Part shown: positions 9,202-17,830 of the stretch, piece by piece
Numbering within the stretch: the stretch's first letter is position 1
How the letters are laid out: the number at the start of each line of letters is the position of its first letter
Origin: a virus
DNA length: 64,000 nucleotides
Direction: 5' to 3' (one strand)
IMG/VR virus record: IMGVR_UViG_3300028592_000008
Span: 8,428 to 72,427 of that record
Made by a program: the position numbers and the translations under genes
Notes under the pieces: model-generated
Database searches by the model: none
Told to the model about the DNA's origin: nothing
Seen by the model: only the letters and a program-made list of their open reading frames with translations

Positions 9202-9371
9202 TTCGCCGCGGACTGGAACGGCTTGTAAACAGGTGCCGGGAAAGACCCACCCGGGGGCAATAGGAGCTCCCGGCCGCGGCGAACGTAGGGGCAGTCACCG
9301 ACCCGAAGTGCGAACTCGAGCGCCTGGGGGTGAGCGTGTGGGGGTTGCCGAGCATGGACGCAAAAGCCCCT
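9202..9371 (+). ncRNA. Candidate structured RNA or leader
   Basis: TTCGCCGCGG/CCGCGGCGAA and AGGGGC/GCCCCT each close a multibranch domain in an intergenic gap of about 195 nt. Confidence 0.5.
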
Positions 9372-9390
9372 TGTTTCGTAGGCTGATGCA

Positions 9391-10728
9391 ATGAAAACTC
9401 TGACCTACCATTGTTCCCGGGAACCGAGGCCGCAGGACGTCGAGACTGCCTACCTCGAGGCTCGAGGCCTGGCGGGTCCGGCGAGTTTCTGGGACAGGGC
9501 TGGCGGGAAGAAGGGTCCGTTCACCCAGCGGCGCGATGGCGGCCGGCTGATGGCTGATCTTGGGCCCGGCGACCATGTCGTCTTTCGGTCGATCGGCTCG
9601 GCGTTCGGAAGCCTGGCTGACTGGCGGGACACGGTGCGGCTGATGCTGGTCCGCGGGGCGACGGTCCATTTCATCGGCGAGGGGCTGGTCATCTCCCGGG
9701 AATCTTCGTGGGTCGTGGGGACCGTGCTCGACGTCTACCTCCGCTTCGTGGCCGAGTTCGCGTCGGCGGACCGGCGGCGGCCGACGGAACCGTGCTCACA
9801 GCGGAAGCGGCGGTGTTCCGGAGGTGAAGTGGAGATTCCGGCCGGGAAGTTCGACGAGCTGTTGCGCCAGCAGAAGTGGGGCGACTGCCGGTTCCCGGCG
9901 ACGACCGGGACACGGCACTCATACGCCATGCTGGAGGAGCCGCCGCGTTTCCCGGGAAACGATTTCCGGTACTGGCGCGAGGTGCGATACCTCCACACGC
10001 AGTACCCGTTCATCGAGCGTCCGGAGGGGAAGCGGCTGGTGCTGCGGGCCAAGCCAGGCGACGCGATGTTCGTCTGCGCCGGAAAGGCCTTCCGTTCTGT
10101 CGAAGACATGGTCTCCGCTTCCCGGACGCTTGCCGCCATTGGTGTCTCGGTGACGATCACGGACTTCGGGATCACGACGCTGGCCGAGGAGGGGCGCGCC
10201 CTGATGAACCTGCTGGCGGTGTACGACATCTTGGCCCGGCGGCGGAAGTCGGAAGAACGCAAAGAACGCGGGCAGCGGAAGCAGATAACGATGGAGCTCC
10301 CGTTCTACCTGAAACGGCGGCCGAACGGGCGGGTCGTCATCAACGAGTTCCGGCTGTGGGGCGTCCTGCAGGTTCTCAATCGTCGGGAAATGAGGGGGAT
10401 CGAGCTCGAGGACTGGATGGAAGAGCAGGAGGCCGAGCACTTCGGGGACCGGAAGCTGCCCCGCCACACGATCAACCGGCGGGCCAGGTATCGCTGGCAC
10501 CCGGATCACGGCACGCTGCTTCGGCACCCGGGGCGCGGATACTGCCGGTCGCGATTCTGGCACAAGGCCCGGATCAACGACATCCGTCGCGCGGGGCTGG
10601 AGCCGGTGAAGACCATGCTCGCCCAATACGGAATTCGTTTCCCGGGAAACGATATGCCCCGGCCACCGAAGGCCAGCCGGCGGAAGCGGGGAGTCACGAG
10701 CGGAACTGATTCCAGTCAGCCAGAGTGA
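9391..10728 (+). CDS. Protein with two tandem degenerate serine-recombinase (resolvase) domains
   Basis: PFTQRRDGGRLMADLGPGDHVVF...RGATVHFI and PFIERPEGKRLVLRAKPGDAMFV...EGRALMNLLAVYDILARRRKSE; catalytic YxRxS and DR motifs absent. Confidence 0.7.
   Translation: MKTLTYHCSREPRPQDVETAYLEARGLAGPASFWDRAGGKKGPFTQRRDGGRLMADLGPGDHVVFRSIGSAFGSLADWRDTVRLMLVRGATVHFIGEGLVISRESSWVVGTVLDVYLRFVAEFASADRRRPTEPCSQRKRRCSGGEVEIPAGKFDELLRQQKWGDCRFPATTGTRHSYAMLEEPPRFPGNDFRYWREVRYLHTQYPFIERPEGKRLVLRAKPGDAMFVCAGKAFRSVEDMVSASRTLAAIGVSVTITDFGITTLAEEGRALMNLLAVYDILARRRKSEERKERGQRKQITMELPFYLKRRPNGRVVINEFRLWGVLQVLNRREMRGIELEDWMEEQEAEHFGDRKLPRHTINRRARYRWHPDHGTLLRHPGRGYCRSRFWHKARINDIRRAGLEPVKTMLAQYGIRFPGNDMPRPPKASRRKRGVTSGTDSSQPE
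9946..9961. repeat. 16-bp palindrome, copy 2
   Basis: CGTTTCCCGGGAAACG exact. Confidence 0.95.
10636..10651. repeat. 16-bp palindrome, copy 3
   Basis: CGTTTCCCGGGAAACG exact. Confidence 0.95.
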
Positions 10729-10912
10729 CGTAAACTACGCCGCCGATTTCCTTTGAGCCGAGAATGCGGGTCGAGCCGTTCTGCAATTTGGCTCCAACTT
10801 TGATCCATCGGTAGATCGTCCGAGCGCTCTTGACGATCCCGAATCGCTCCTGCAGGACCCGGACGAAATTCGCCACCGTCCACTCTTCGGGTGCCTTGCT
10901 TCGCTTTGCCAT
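10694..10912 (-). CDS. Excisionase-like winged HTH (DUF1580-like)
   Basis: KSARTIYRWIKVG...LGSKEIGGVVYVT pattern; start taken at MAKRSK. Confidence 0.65.
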   Translation of the reverse strand: MAKRSKAPEEWTVANFVRVLQERFGIVKSARTIYRWIKVGAKLQNGSTRILGSKEIGGVVYVTLADWNQFRS

Positions 10913-11010
10913 TTCGTGACATCCATCGGGGGATGATTGCGTGAAGGGAATCTGGGGAGCCATCGTAATCGCCTGCGGCGGGAAGTTCTAACTCACGGTG
11001 ACACGCGATT

Positions 11011-12303
11011 ATGGCACGTCCAAGATCAACCAAAGGGGCTCAGACAGCGACCGGCCCGGCCGCCGCGCCGAGCGTGAAGGACGAACGGGCTCCGTCCATG
11101 CGGGAGCTCGGCGAGCAGGTTCTCGCCGGCCGCAGCGAGACGGACTCGAACGCCAGCGACGCCGCGGCAAGTGCGGCCCTCGGCGGAGTCCCAGGTGCCA
11201 GCGACGACGTTGAGGAAGACAGTCCGCTCTCGACCGACGATTCGGACTTCGGCGTGCAGGCTCAGGGGCAGGACGGCGACATCTTCGAGGACGACGATGT
11301 CCCTGCTCAGGGGCAGCAGGACGGCCAAGCTCCTCCGTCCCGCGCGATCGCCGAGGCGTTCAAGGCCCGGAACATGGGCTGGGACGAGGACGTCACCGAC
11401 GAAGACATCATCGCGGAATTCCAGCACACGAACACGCTGCTCGCCCAGCAGCAGGAAGAGCTCAACTGGTATCGGCAGCAGGCCGCAGCGGGCGGCCAGG
11501 GGAATCAGGGTGCAGGCTCAGCCGCTCCGGCGCCGGGCACGGGCGCGACCGGGGGGGCGTCACCTGCCCCCGGCGCGCCTAAGTTGCCTGAGTTCAAGGT
11601 AGACGCGCCGGAGTGGGACCCGGCGTGGGAAGCCGGCCTGAAGGTGGACGAAGAGGGCACGATCGTCGCGAAGCCCGGCTGGGATCCGAGCTTGCCCGGG
11701 AAGTACAACCGCTTCAAGCAATGGGAATCGCAGCAGATTTCCACCTTGGCCCGGAACCCGTACCTCCTGCAGATGGCTCAGAATCCGCAGGCGTTCCTCG
11801 AGCAGATCGTTCGCCCGATGGCCGAGCAGATCGCCACCGCCCGGACGAACGAGCTGGCCGGTCAGTACCAGCGTCAGAGCGAGGACGCCTACATCAACCA
11901 GATCCGGGCTCAGGCCGGGTATCTGAACACGAACGCCGCTGGGCAGGTCGTTCGGCACGCGAAGACCGGGCAGGTCATGCTCACCCCGGAGGGGCAGGCG
12001 TTCGAGCGTGAATTCGCCGCGCTCCTTCAGGACGCCCCGGGGATGTCCCGGGTCAAGGCTGCCGAACTCGCCTCCCGTCTGCACCCGCCGCGCAAGGCCG
12101 CGGCCCCGGCCCGGCAGACCAACGGCGGTGCGGCTCCGGCTCAGCGTGCGACGAGCCCGACGTACGGGCAGCGTCTCGGGGGAACCGTTCATCAGCCGCG
12201 GCGGACCCCGGCAAATCGAATCCCGACTGACGGTCGGGGTCTCCCGGATCAGCGAGCTCTCGGAGAAGCGTACCTCCGGGAAAAGCAGTCCGGGGCGCAG
12301 TGA
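11011..12303 (+). CDS. Probable capsid scaffolding protein
   Basis: Acidic, low-complexity and helical; directly upstream of major capsid gene. Confidence 0.7.
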   Translation: MARPRSTKGAQTATGPAAAPSVKDERAPSMRELGEQVLAGRSETDSNASDAAASAALGGVPGASDDVEEDSPLSTDDSDFGVQAQGQDGDIFEDDDVPAQGQQDGQAPPSRAIAEAFKARNMGWDEDVTDEDIIAEFQHTNTLLAQQQEELNWYRQQAAAGGQGNQGAGSAAPAPGTGATGGASPAPGAPKLPEFKVDAPEWDPAWEAGLKVDEEGTIVAKPGWDPSLPGKYNRFKQWESQQISTLARNPYLLQMAQNPQAFLEQIVRPMAEQIATARTNELAGQYQRQSEDAYINQIRAQAGYLNTNAAGQVVRHAKTGQVMLTPEGQAFEREFAALLQDAPGMSRVKAAELASRLHPPRKAAAPARQTNGGAAPAQRATSPTYGQRLGGTVHQPRRTPANRIPTDGRGLPDQRALGEAYLREKQSGAQ

Positions 12304-12370
12304 TCGGTCCGGTTTCACTTTCAGGTTTCATGTAACTGCCGGGTGACCCCGGATCACGAGGAGTCCAGCG

Positions 12371-13528
12371 ATGGCGAACTTGGTGCCGCAGACGACTGAC
12401 GAAGCGACGGAAGTCGCGCGGGCAACAGCTCCGACCTTCATCAAGGGGTTTGCGGACCTCACGATGCGGAAGCGGATTTGGATGGCCCTCCTGCGGAAGT
12501 ACGGTCGGGTCCTGTTCAACCAGGGCGGTCACACGACCGTCTGGGGTGTCCGGGTCCGGGAGGCGACGCCGCACACGATCGGGGCGAACCCGACGTTCGA
12601 CTTCAACTCCATCAACCGGAACGAGCAGCTCTCGCTCGACTGGCGTGGCTACGGGCACGAAGGCGTGCTGTGGGTGAAGGACAAGCTGATGAACGGCCAG
12701 GCTGGCGCGTCGCAGCTTTGGAACATGCTGAACGACCGCACGGAAACGCTCGCGGAAGAGTTCGCCCGCATGTTCAACCGCGAGATTTACGTTGACGGCG
12801 AAGCGGCCGGCAACGGCGAGCGGTTCCACGGTCGCGGGACGTTCCTGAACTACAAGGCCGGGGTGACCTCGGACGACCGCGTCGCTCTTCCGGACGGCAG
12901 TTACGCCGGCCTGTCGATCGAGCTCGGCGGCCTCGGCGGCTCCTGCACCAATGCGATCTCGGCCGGCGAGAAGCCGAACACCGACCTCGGGGCCGACTGG
13001 CCGGAAGGTCAGGCGACGGCGGACTTCGACGCGACGAGCCCGCTGATCCTGAACATCTCGTCGGATCGCTGGACGCCGGACGGCGGCACGACCTGGCGGG
13101 ACAACAACGAGGCGATTCTCTCGTACACCAACGAGATCCAGTCGGCTCGCGGCGCCCGGGAATCCCGGACGGCAGGTGAGGCTCCGATCCTCAACCTGAT
13201 GACGGCGAAGATGAAGAACGAGTTCGAGATGGGACAGCGCGGGCGGTTCCAGATCAACCTGCAGATGCAGGAGATGATCGACCTCGGATTCCCGGACACG
13301 TACCGCTACGAAGGTGCGGTGATCGCGGCGGACTACGAATGCCCGCACGGCGAAATGCACCAGCTTTCCCCGGGCACGATGGAGTACGCGGCGCTGACCG
13401 AGGACTACTGGACCTTCGAAGGTCCGACGTACCTCCCCGGGCAGATGAAGTGGATCTGGCTGCTGTACACCTACGGCAACTTCCGCTTCCAGCCCAAGTG
13501 TGAGGCGTTCGGCAAGAGCATCGCCTGA
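12371..13528 (+). CDS. Major capsid protein
   Basis: 385 aa, strong GAGGAG RBS, highly biased codons, HK97-like pattern (FNREIYVDG...FHG), position after scaffold. Confidence 0.8.
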   Translation: MANLVPQTTDEATEVARATAPTFIKGFADLTMRKRIWMALLRKYGRVLFNQGGHTTVWGVRVREATPHTIGANPTFDFNSINRNEQLSLDWRGYGHEGVLWVKDKLMNGQAGASQLWNMLNDRTETLAEEFARMFNREIYVDGEAAGNGERFHGRGTFLNYKAGVTSDDRVALPDGSYAGLSIELGGLGGSCTNAISAGEKPNTDLGADWPEGQATADFDATSPLILNISSDRWTPDGGTTWRDNNEAILSYTNEIQSARGARESRTAGEAPILNLMTAKMKNEFEMGQRGRFQINLQMQEMIDLGFPDTYRYEGAVIAADYECPHGEMHQLSPGTMEYAALTEDYWTFEGPTYLPGQMKWIWLLYTYGNFRFQPKCEAFGKSIA

Positions 13529-13608
13529 TCCGATCCTGCGTAGGGACCGGCAGTTCTGTTCGATAGAAAACCTGCGGCGAGGGCCGCAAACCTCTGAGGG
13601 GACGAGTC

Positions 13609-14631
13609 ATGGTGGATCAGGTTCAGAACATCACGAAGCTGGGGAGTGTCGACTTCATCGGCACTTCCAGCCGGAAGATGGGGCTGGTCGGGAAGTACAA
13701 GGACAACCAGCCGGACCCGTCCGCGCCGGGTGCTCCGCCGACGACCGATTACGAGCAGTGGATTCACGCTCTGACCGTCGTGAATCGTTCGGGCGGTCTG
13801 CTGCTTCCCGGCCGCCGGGTCATCTTCGAGGACGGCACGACCTACGCCGGTCCGTACCGCGCTATCTCCGGATACGCGGCTGCGGGTCAGCGTGGGGACG
13901 GCGTGGTTCCCTGGACCTGCCCGTCCGCTGGTGTCGGAAACGGGAGCGTCTTCAACATCATCACGAAGGGCCCGGCGAAGCTGGTGTTCGACGGGGTGAA
14001 CGTCGCGATCGCCAAGAACGACCTGATCGGTGGTTCGGCGGACGGGAAGGCGGCGAAGTACGGGTCGACGACTCAGGTCGCCAACTCGGCCACCTTCACC
14101 AACACGACCGACGCCGCGGACGTCGCGACGAAGCAGATCGCCCCGGCGAACGGGCTCAAGAAGTACGACCGCTTCCGGATCGTCATGGCCGGGACCTGCC
14201 CGTCGACGAACTCGACCGACACCCTGACGCTGCTCGCCAAGATCGGCGGACAGACGGCGGGGAGCACGGGCGCGATCGACGTCGCGAACAACGACCCGTT
14301 CGTCGCGGTTCTCGACTGCGTCGTCTGGGCGACCGGAGCGAGTGGTTCGATCCAGGTCACCGGATTCGTGGCCCTCAAGACAACGACCGTCCCGGTCTCC
14401 ACGACGCTGACCGTCGACACCACGGCGGCCGTCTCCGCGGCGGTCAACGCCGACTGGTCCGCGATCAGCACGAGCGACCAGTTCGTGGTGACCGCACTCT
14501 CGGTCGACTTCCAGGCCGGGACGGGACCGTTTGCCCTGCCGTTCGCCCGCGCACTCGAAGTCGTGGCGGCCGATGCGGCGGACGACACGCAGTTCAAGTG
14601 CATGGTCGACTTCGAATCGCCGATCGCCTGA
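13609..14631 (+). CDS. Capsid decoration/cement-like structural protein
   Basis: Follows capsid gene; Thr/Ala/Gly beta-rich; FNIITKGPA...IAKNDLI motif. Confidence 0.6.
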   Translation: MVDQVQNITKLGSVDFIGTSSRKMGLVGKYKDNQPDPSAPGAPPTTDYEQWIHALTVVNRSGGLLLPGRRVIFEDGTTYAGPYRAISGYAAAGQRGDGVVPWTCPSAGVGNGSVFNIITKGPAKLVFDGVNVAIAKNDLIGGSADGKAAKYGSTTQVANSATFTNTTDAADVATKQIAPANGLKKYDRFRIVMAGTCPSTNSTDTLTLLAKIGGQTAGSTGAIDVANNDPFVAVLDCVVWATGASGSIQVTGFVALKTTTVPVSTTLTVDTTAAVSAAVNADWSAISTSDQFVVTALSVDFQAGTGPFALPFARALEVVAADAADDTQFKCMVDFESPIA

Positions 14632-14713
14632 TCGAAGTCTCCCCCGGGGGCGTGAGATCGGATAGAGTTTTTGTGGGGCTCGATTCTGAGCTCAGTCCTC
14701 GAGGGGGTTTGAG

Positions 14714-14887
14714 ATGGCGAACGAAAACATGCAGCTCCGCCCGGACAAGGCGGCCAACAAGTATCCGAAGCTGCCGACTCGGGAGAACGCGACCGGAGGG
14801 GTGACGACCGGCCGGGCGAACGTCGAGCCGAAGTGCGACAAGTCAAGCAACGGGATCAAGGGCGAGTCCACCAAGGGCAAGTATTGA
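14714..14887 (+). CDS. Small basic protein (57 aa; not in ORF track)
   Basis: GAGGGGG RBS; MANENMQLRPDKAANKYPKLPTRENATGG...KGKY. Confidence 0.6.
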   Translation: MANENMQLRPDKAANKYPKLPTRENATGGVTTGRANVEPKCDKSSNGIKGESTKGKY

Positions 14888-14916
14888 TCCTTCTGCACGC
14901 GAAGCACTGAAGGGGG

Positions 14917-14951
14917 GCGGTCTGGGGCGTCAGTCTCAGACCGCTTTTTTC
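14917..14951 (+). terminator. Rho-independent terminator
   Basis: GCGGTCTGGGGC-GTCA-GTCTCAGACCGC followed by T run. Confidence 0.8.
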
Positions 14952-14964
14952 ATTGGGTGACACC

Positions 14965-15615
14965 ATGCCGCGGACGGTCTACGAAACTCCGACGAAGCGA
15001 TGCCAAGCCTGTCAGCGGATGTTGACGGTTCACTGCTTCAAGCCGGCGACGGCGGTCTACTGTGAGGGCTGCACGGAGACCGTACAGCCGATCGCGGTGA
15101 AGCTGGCCGAGGAGAAGGTCGGGGCGGTCGCGATCAGCCTGGCGGACTCCCTGCAGCGCACAGTCGACGCCAGTCAGCCGGACATGGAACAGATCGTCCG
15201 GCTGACGATGAGGGCCATGGGCGGCCCGGATGGCATCGTGGGCATCGTCTCCCGGCAGATCGCGGACCTCGAGGGGCGGCTGATCAACGGGAAGATCGTC
15301 AGCTACGAAGAGGCGGTCCGACTGAACGAGGGAAAGACGAAAGACCGGAAGACGTTGCTCGCGTACCTGAAGCTGTTCACGGCGATGGTCGCGAAGAACG
15401 ACGAGGCGAAGGCGGACGAGCGGAAGCGGACCGCCGGGCTGAATGTCGTCGAGATGGGGAACCGCCTGCTCGACTTCTGCTGGAAGCAGATCAACGGGGA
15501 CAAGTCGTTCCGCGAGCGGCTGATCCGGCTGCTGGTGTCGAAGTTCCGGGACGACGTCGCCCGGGCGATGAACACGATCGAGACGGAGGCGGTCGGTGGG
15601 ACAGCTCAACCTTGA
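14965..15615 (+). CDS. Putative terminase small subunit
   Basis: Directly upstream of and overlapping TerL; CxxC pairs then helical region. Confidence 0.5.
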   Translation: MPRTVYETPTKRCQACQRMLTVHCFKPATAVYCEGCTETVQPIAVKLAEEKVGAVAISLADSLQRTVDASQPDMEQIVRLTMRAMGGPDGIVGIVSRQIADLEGRLINGKIVSYEEAVRLNEGKTKDRKTLLAYLKLFTAMVAKNDEAKADERKRTAGLNVVEMGNRLLDFCWKQINGDKSFRERLIRLLVSKFRDDVARAMNTIETEAVGGTAQP

Positions 15616-17347
15616 GGAGACGGACTACGTACCGTACTCCGAAGACGACCTGCAGTGGATCGCCCAATGGGCGGCCGAAGAGTCGGACGCGATCAAGCTC
15701 TTCCGGCCGATGCCCCCGGAGTTCATGTCGCAGGAGGACGTGCTCCGCGCGGAGTGTCTGCACAAGCTGATCCGCGGCGGAAATCGTAGTGGAAAATCCA
15801 CGATCGCGGCGGTCATGTTCGCCGCGGCGGCCCGGGACATGCCGATCACGACCTGGAGCGGGGAGGAGATCCACGTCCGGCGGCCGTGGCAGCGCGGGAA
15901 GCCGCTGCTGATGTGGGTCGTGGGCTACGATTGGGACCATATCGGCGACACGATTTACCGGCTCCTGTGCGAGCCGAATCACTCGCTGAAGATGATCCGG
16001 GACCTCGAGACGGGGGTCCTTCGCGCGTTCAAGCCGTGGGACCCGTCCGACGCCGCGCGGGAGGACGAGACCGAGCCCTGCCCTCCGCTGATCCCCGGGC
16101 ACGAGATCGAGAGGATCGTCTGGAAGAATGCGGGCGCGCATATCTTCGACCAGATCCGGCTCAGGAACGGCACCGTCATTCACGGTCACAGCTCGAAGGA
16201 GGCCAAGGCAGGGGACCCGGTCGACATCATCTGGGTCGACGAAAAGGTGGAGTACGAGATCAACGTCGCCGAGTGGCAGGCGCGTCTCGGGGACAAGCGC
16301 GGGCAGTTCTGGTGGAGCACCTGGCCGACCTCCACGAACACCGCGCTGCGGTCCATGTCACGAAAGGCGAAGTCGGACGACGTCGAGATCCGGGAGGGAA
16401 AGCGGAAGCGGAGGACGGTGCAGGAATGGGTTTTCAAGATGTACAAAAACCCGTACATGCCCGCCGAGTCCAAACAGGACTTGCTCGAGAACTGGCAGGC
16501 CCTCGGCGCCGGGCACGTCCAGGCTCGAAACGAGGGGGAGTTCGTCGACGAGGGGGACCGCGCGTATCCGATGTTCAACGAGGACACCTGCGCGGCGATC
16601 GTGCATGGGGACCTCGAGGACGTGATCTCCCGGATCCTGCGGAAGCGGAATGGGGAGCCGCCGAGCGATTGGGCCCGGTTCATGATGCTCGACCCCGGGA
16701 CGACGCGACCGGCCCTGCTCTTCGGGGCGATCCCGCCGCCGGCACTCGGGGACTGGCGAGTCATCTACCAGGAGATCATCGCCCCGGGGCACGACGCATT
16801 CCGGCTGATGAAGCTGGCGGAGCCGTTCTTCCAGAACTACTCGTTTCAGACGTTCGTCATCGACATGCAGGCTGGCCGGAAGACGGGCGAAGGCCACCGG
16901 ATCAGCAACGCCGAGAACTACTCGAACGCCATGCGGAAGTACGGAATCCGCTCGGAGAAGACCGGGTTCGGGTTCGTCCCCGGGTCGCCGGACATCAATG
17001 CCCGGCGCGGCATCATCCAGTCGTGGATGCACGTCGGAGCGAGCGGCCTGGCGAAACTGCGGATCGTGAAGGAGCGGTGCAAGATCCTTGTCCACGAGCT
17101 CAGTACGGTCAAAACCAAGGTGACGCAGGCTGGCGCGGAGAAGATCGACGGCCGGGAACACGACGCGACGGACACGCTCGAATACTTCGGCTCGATCGAC
17201 CCGCAGTGGGAACCTCCTGTTCACGTAGAGCGGCAGGTGCTAAAAAATCCTGCGGAAGTGCTCAGGGAATACCTTGAGACTCTGCGTCCCTCGGAACGGC
17301 CGAAGAGCAGCGGAAGCGTCTTCGGCGCATGCGGAAATGGAAGGTGA
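15596..17347 (+). CDS. terL: Terminase large subunit
   Basis: Walker A GGNRSGKST, Walker B IWVDE, nuclease MLDPG...HDATDTLEY. Confidence 0.92.
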   Translation: MGQLNLEETDYVPYSEDDLQWIAQWAAEESDAIKLFRPMPPEFMSQEDVLRAECLHKLIRGGNRSGKSTIAAVMFAAAARDMPITTWSGEEIHVRRPWQRGKPLLMWVVGYDWDHIGDTIYRLLCEPNHSLKMIRDLETGVLRAFKPWDPSDAAREDETEPCPPLIPGHEIERIVWKNAGAHIFDQIRLRNGTVIHGHSSKEAKAGDPVDIIWVDEKVEYEINVAEWQARLGDKRGQFWWSTWPTSTNTALRSMSRKAKSDDVEIREGKRKRRTVQEWVFKMYKNPYMPAESKQDLLENWQALGAGHVQARNEGEFVDEGDRAYPMFNEDTCAAIVHGDLEDVISRILRKRNGEPPSDWARFMMLDPGTTRPALLFGAIPPPALGDWRVIYQEIIAPGHDAFRLMKLAEPFFQNYSFQTFVIDMQAGRKTGEGHRISNAENYSNAMRKYGIRSEKTGFGFVPGSPDINARRGIIQSWMHVGASGLAKLRIVKERCKILVHELSTVKTKVTQAGAEKIDGREHDATDTLEYFGSIDPQWEPPVHVERQVLKNPAEVLREYLETLRPSERPKSSGSVFGACGNGR

Positions 17348-17351
17348 CACT

Positions 17352-17801
17352 GTGGCGAAGAAGGCAGCATCGAAGGGTCGGGCTCCGGCCGGCGGGAGCA
17401 ATCGCGAGACTCCGCGGCAGCTCGGCGACGCGCCGATCGTTGACGCGGCGGGGCTCGTGATTCCGACGCCTGGTTGGCGGGTGAACTACTGGCCGAACGG
17501 TCAGGGGATCGGGGCCCCGCTTCCGGCGGACGTGATCTCGGTGACGGGGTCGCAACTCAACCTGAGCGTCCTGCGGATCAGCGGGGCGGTCCCGGCGGAG
17601 AACGTCTACTGCCGGCACGACAAGCGGGTCGTCGACAATCCGAAGGCGGCGAAGACCGGGGTCTGGGACTGGATGCAGGGGTACGAGCCGGAGAGACTGT
17701 ACGGCGACAAGCTGCAGCCGCGCCCGGCCCTGTTGGACGGGAAGAAGGGCGGCGGCGCGCCGAGCGGCGGATCGACTCCGCCGATCAAGAACGCCGAGTG
17801 A
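17352..17801 (+). CDS. Hypothetical protein
   Basis: GGTGACAC-GTG start; lies between TerL and portal. Confidence 0.65.
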   Translation: MAKKAASKGRAPAGGSNRETPRQLGDAPIVDAAGLVIPTPGWRVNYWPNGQGIGAPLPADVISVTGSQLNLSVLRISGAVPAENVYCRHDKRVVDNPKAAKTGVWDWMQGYEPERLYGDKLQPRPALLDGKKGGGAPSGGSTPPIKNAE

Positions 17802-17830
17802 TTCTGGCGGAGTGATCCGGAGGGGGCGGG

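Noticed and set aside
9391-10728. Active integrase or invertase call
   Set aside because: Catalytic serine and arginine motifs are missing in both domains and no flanking inverted repeats were seen
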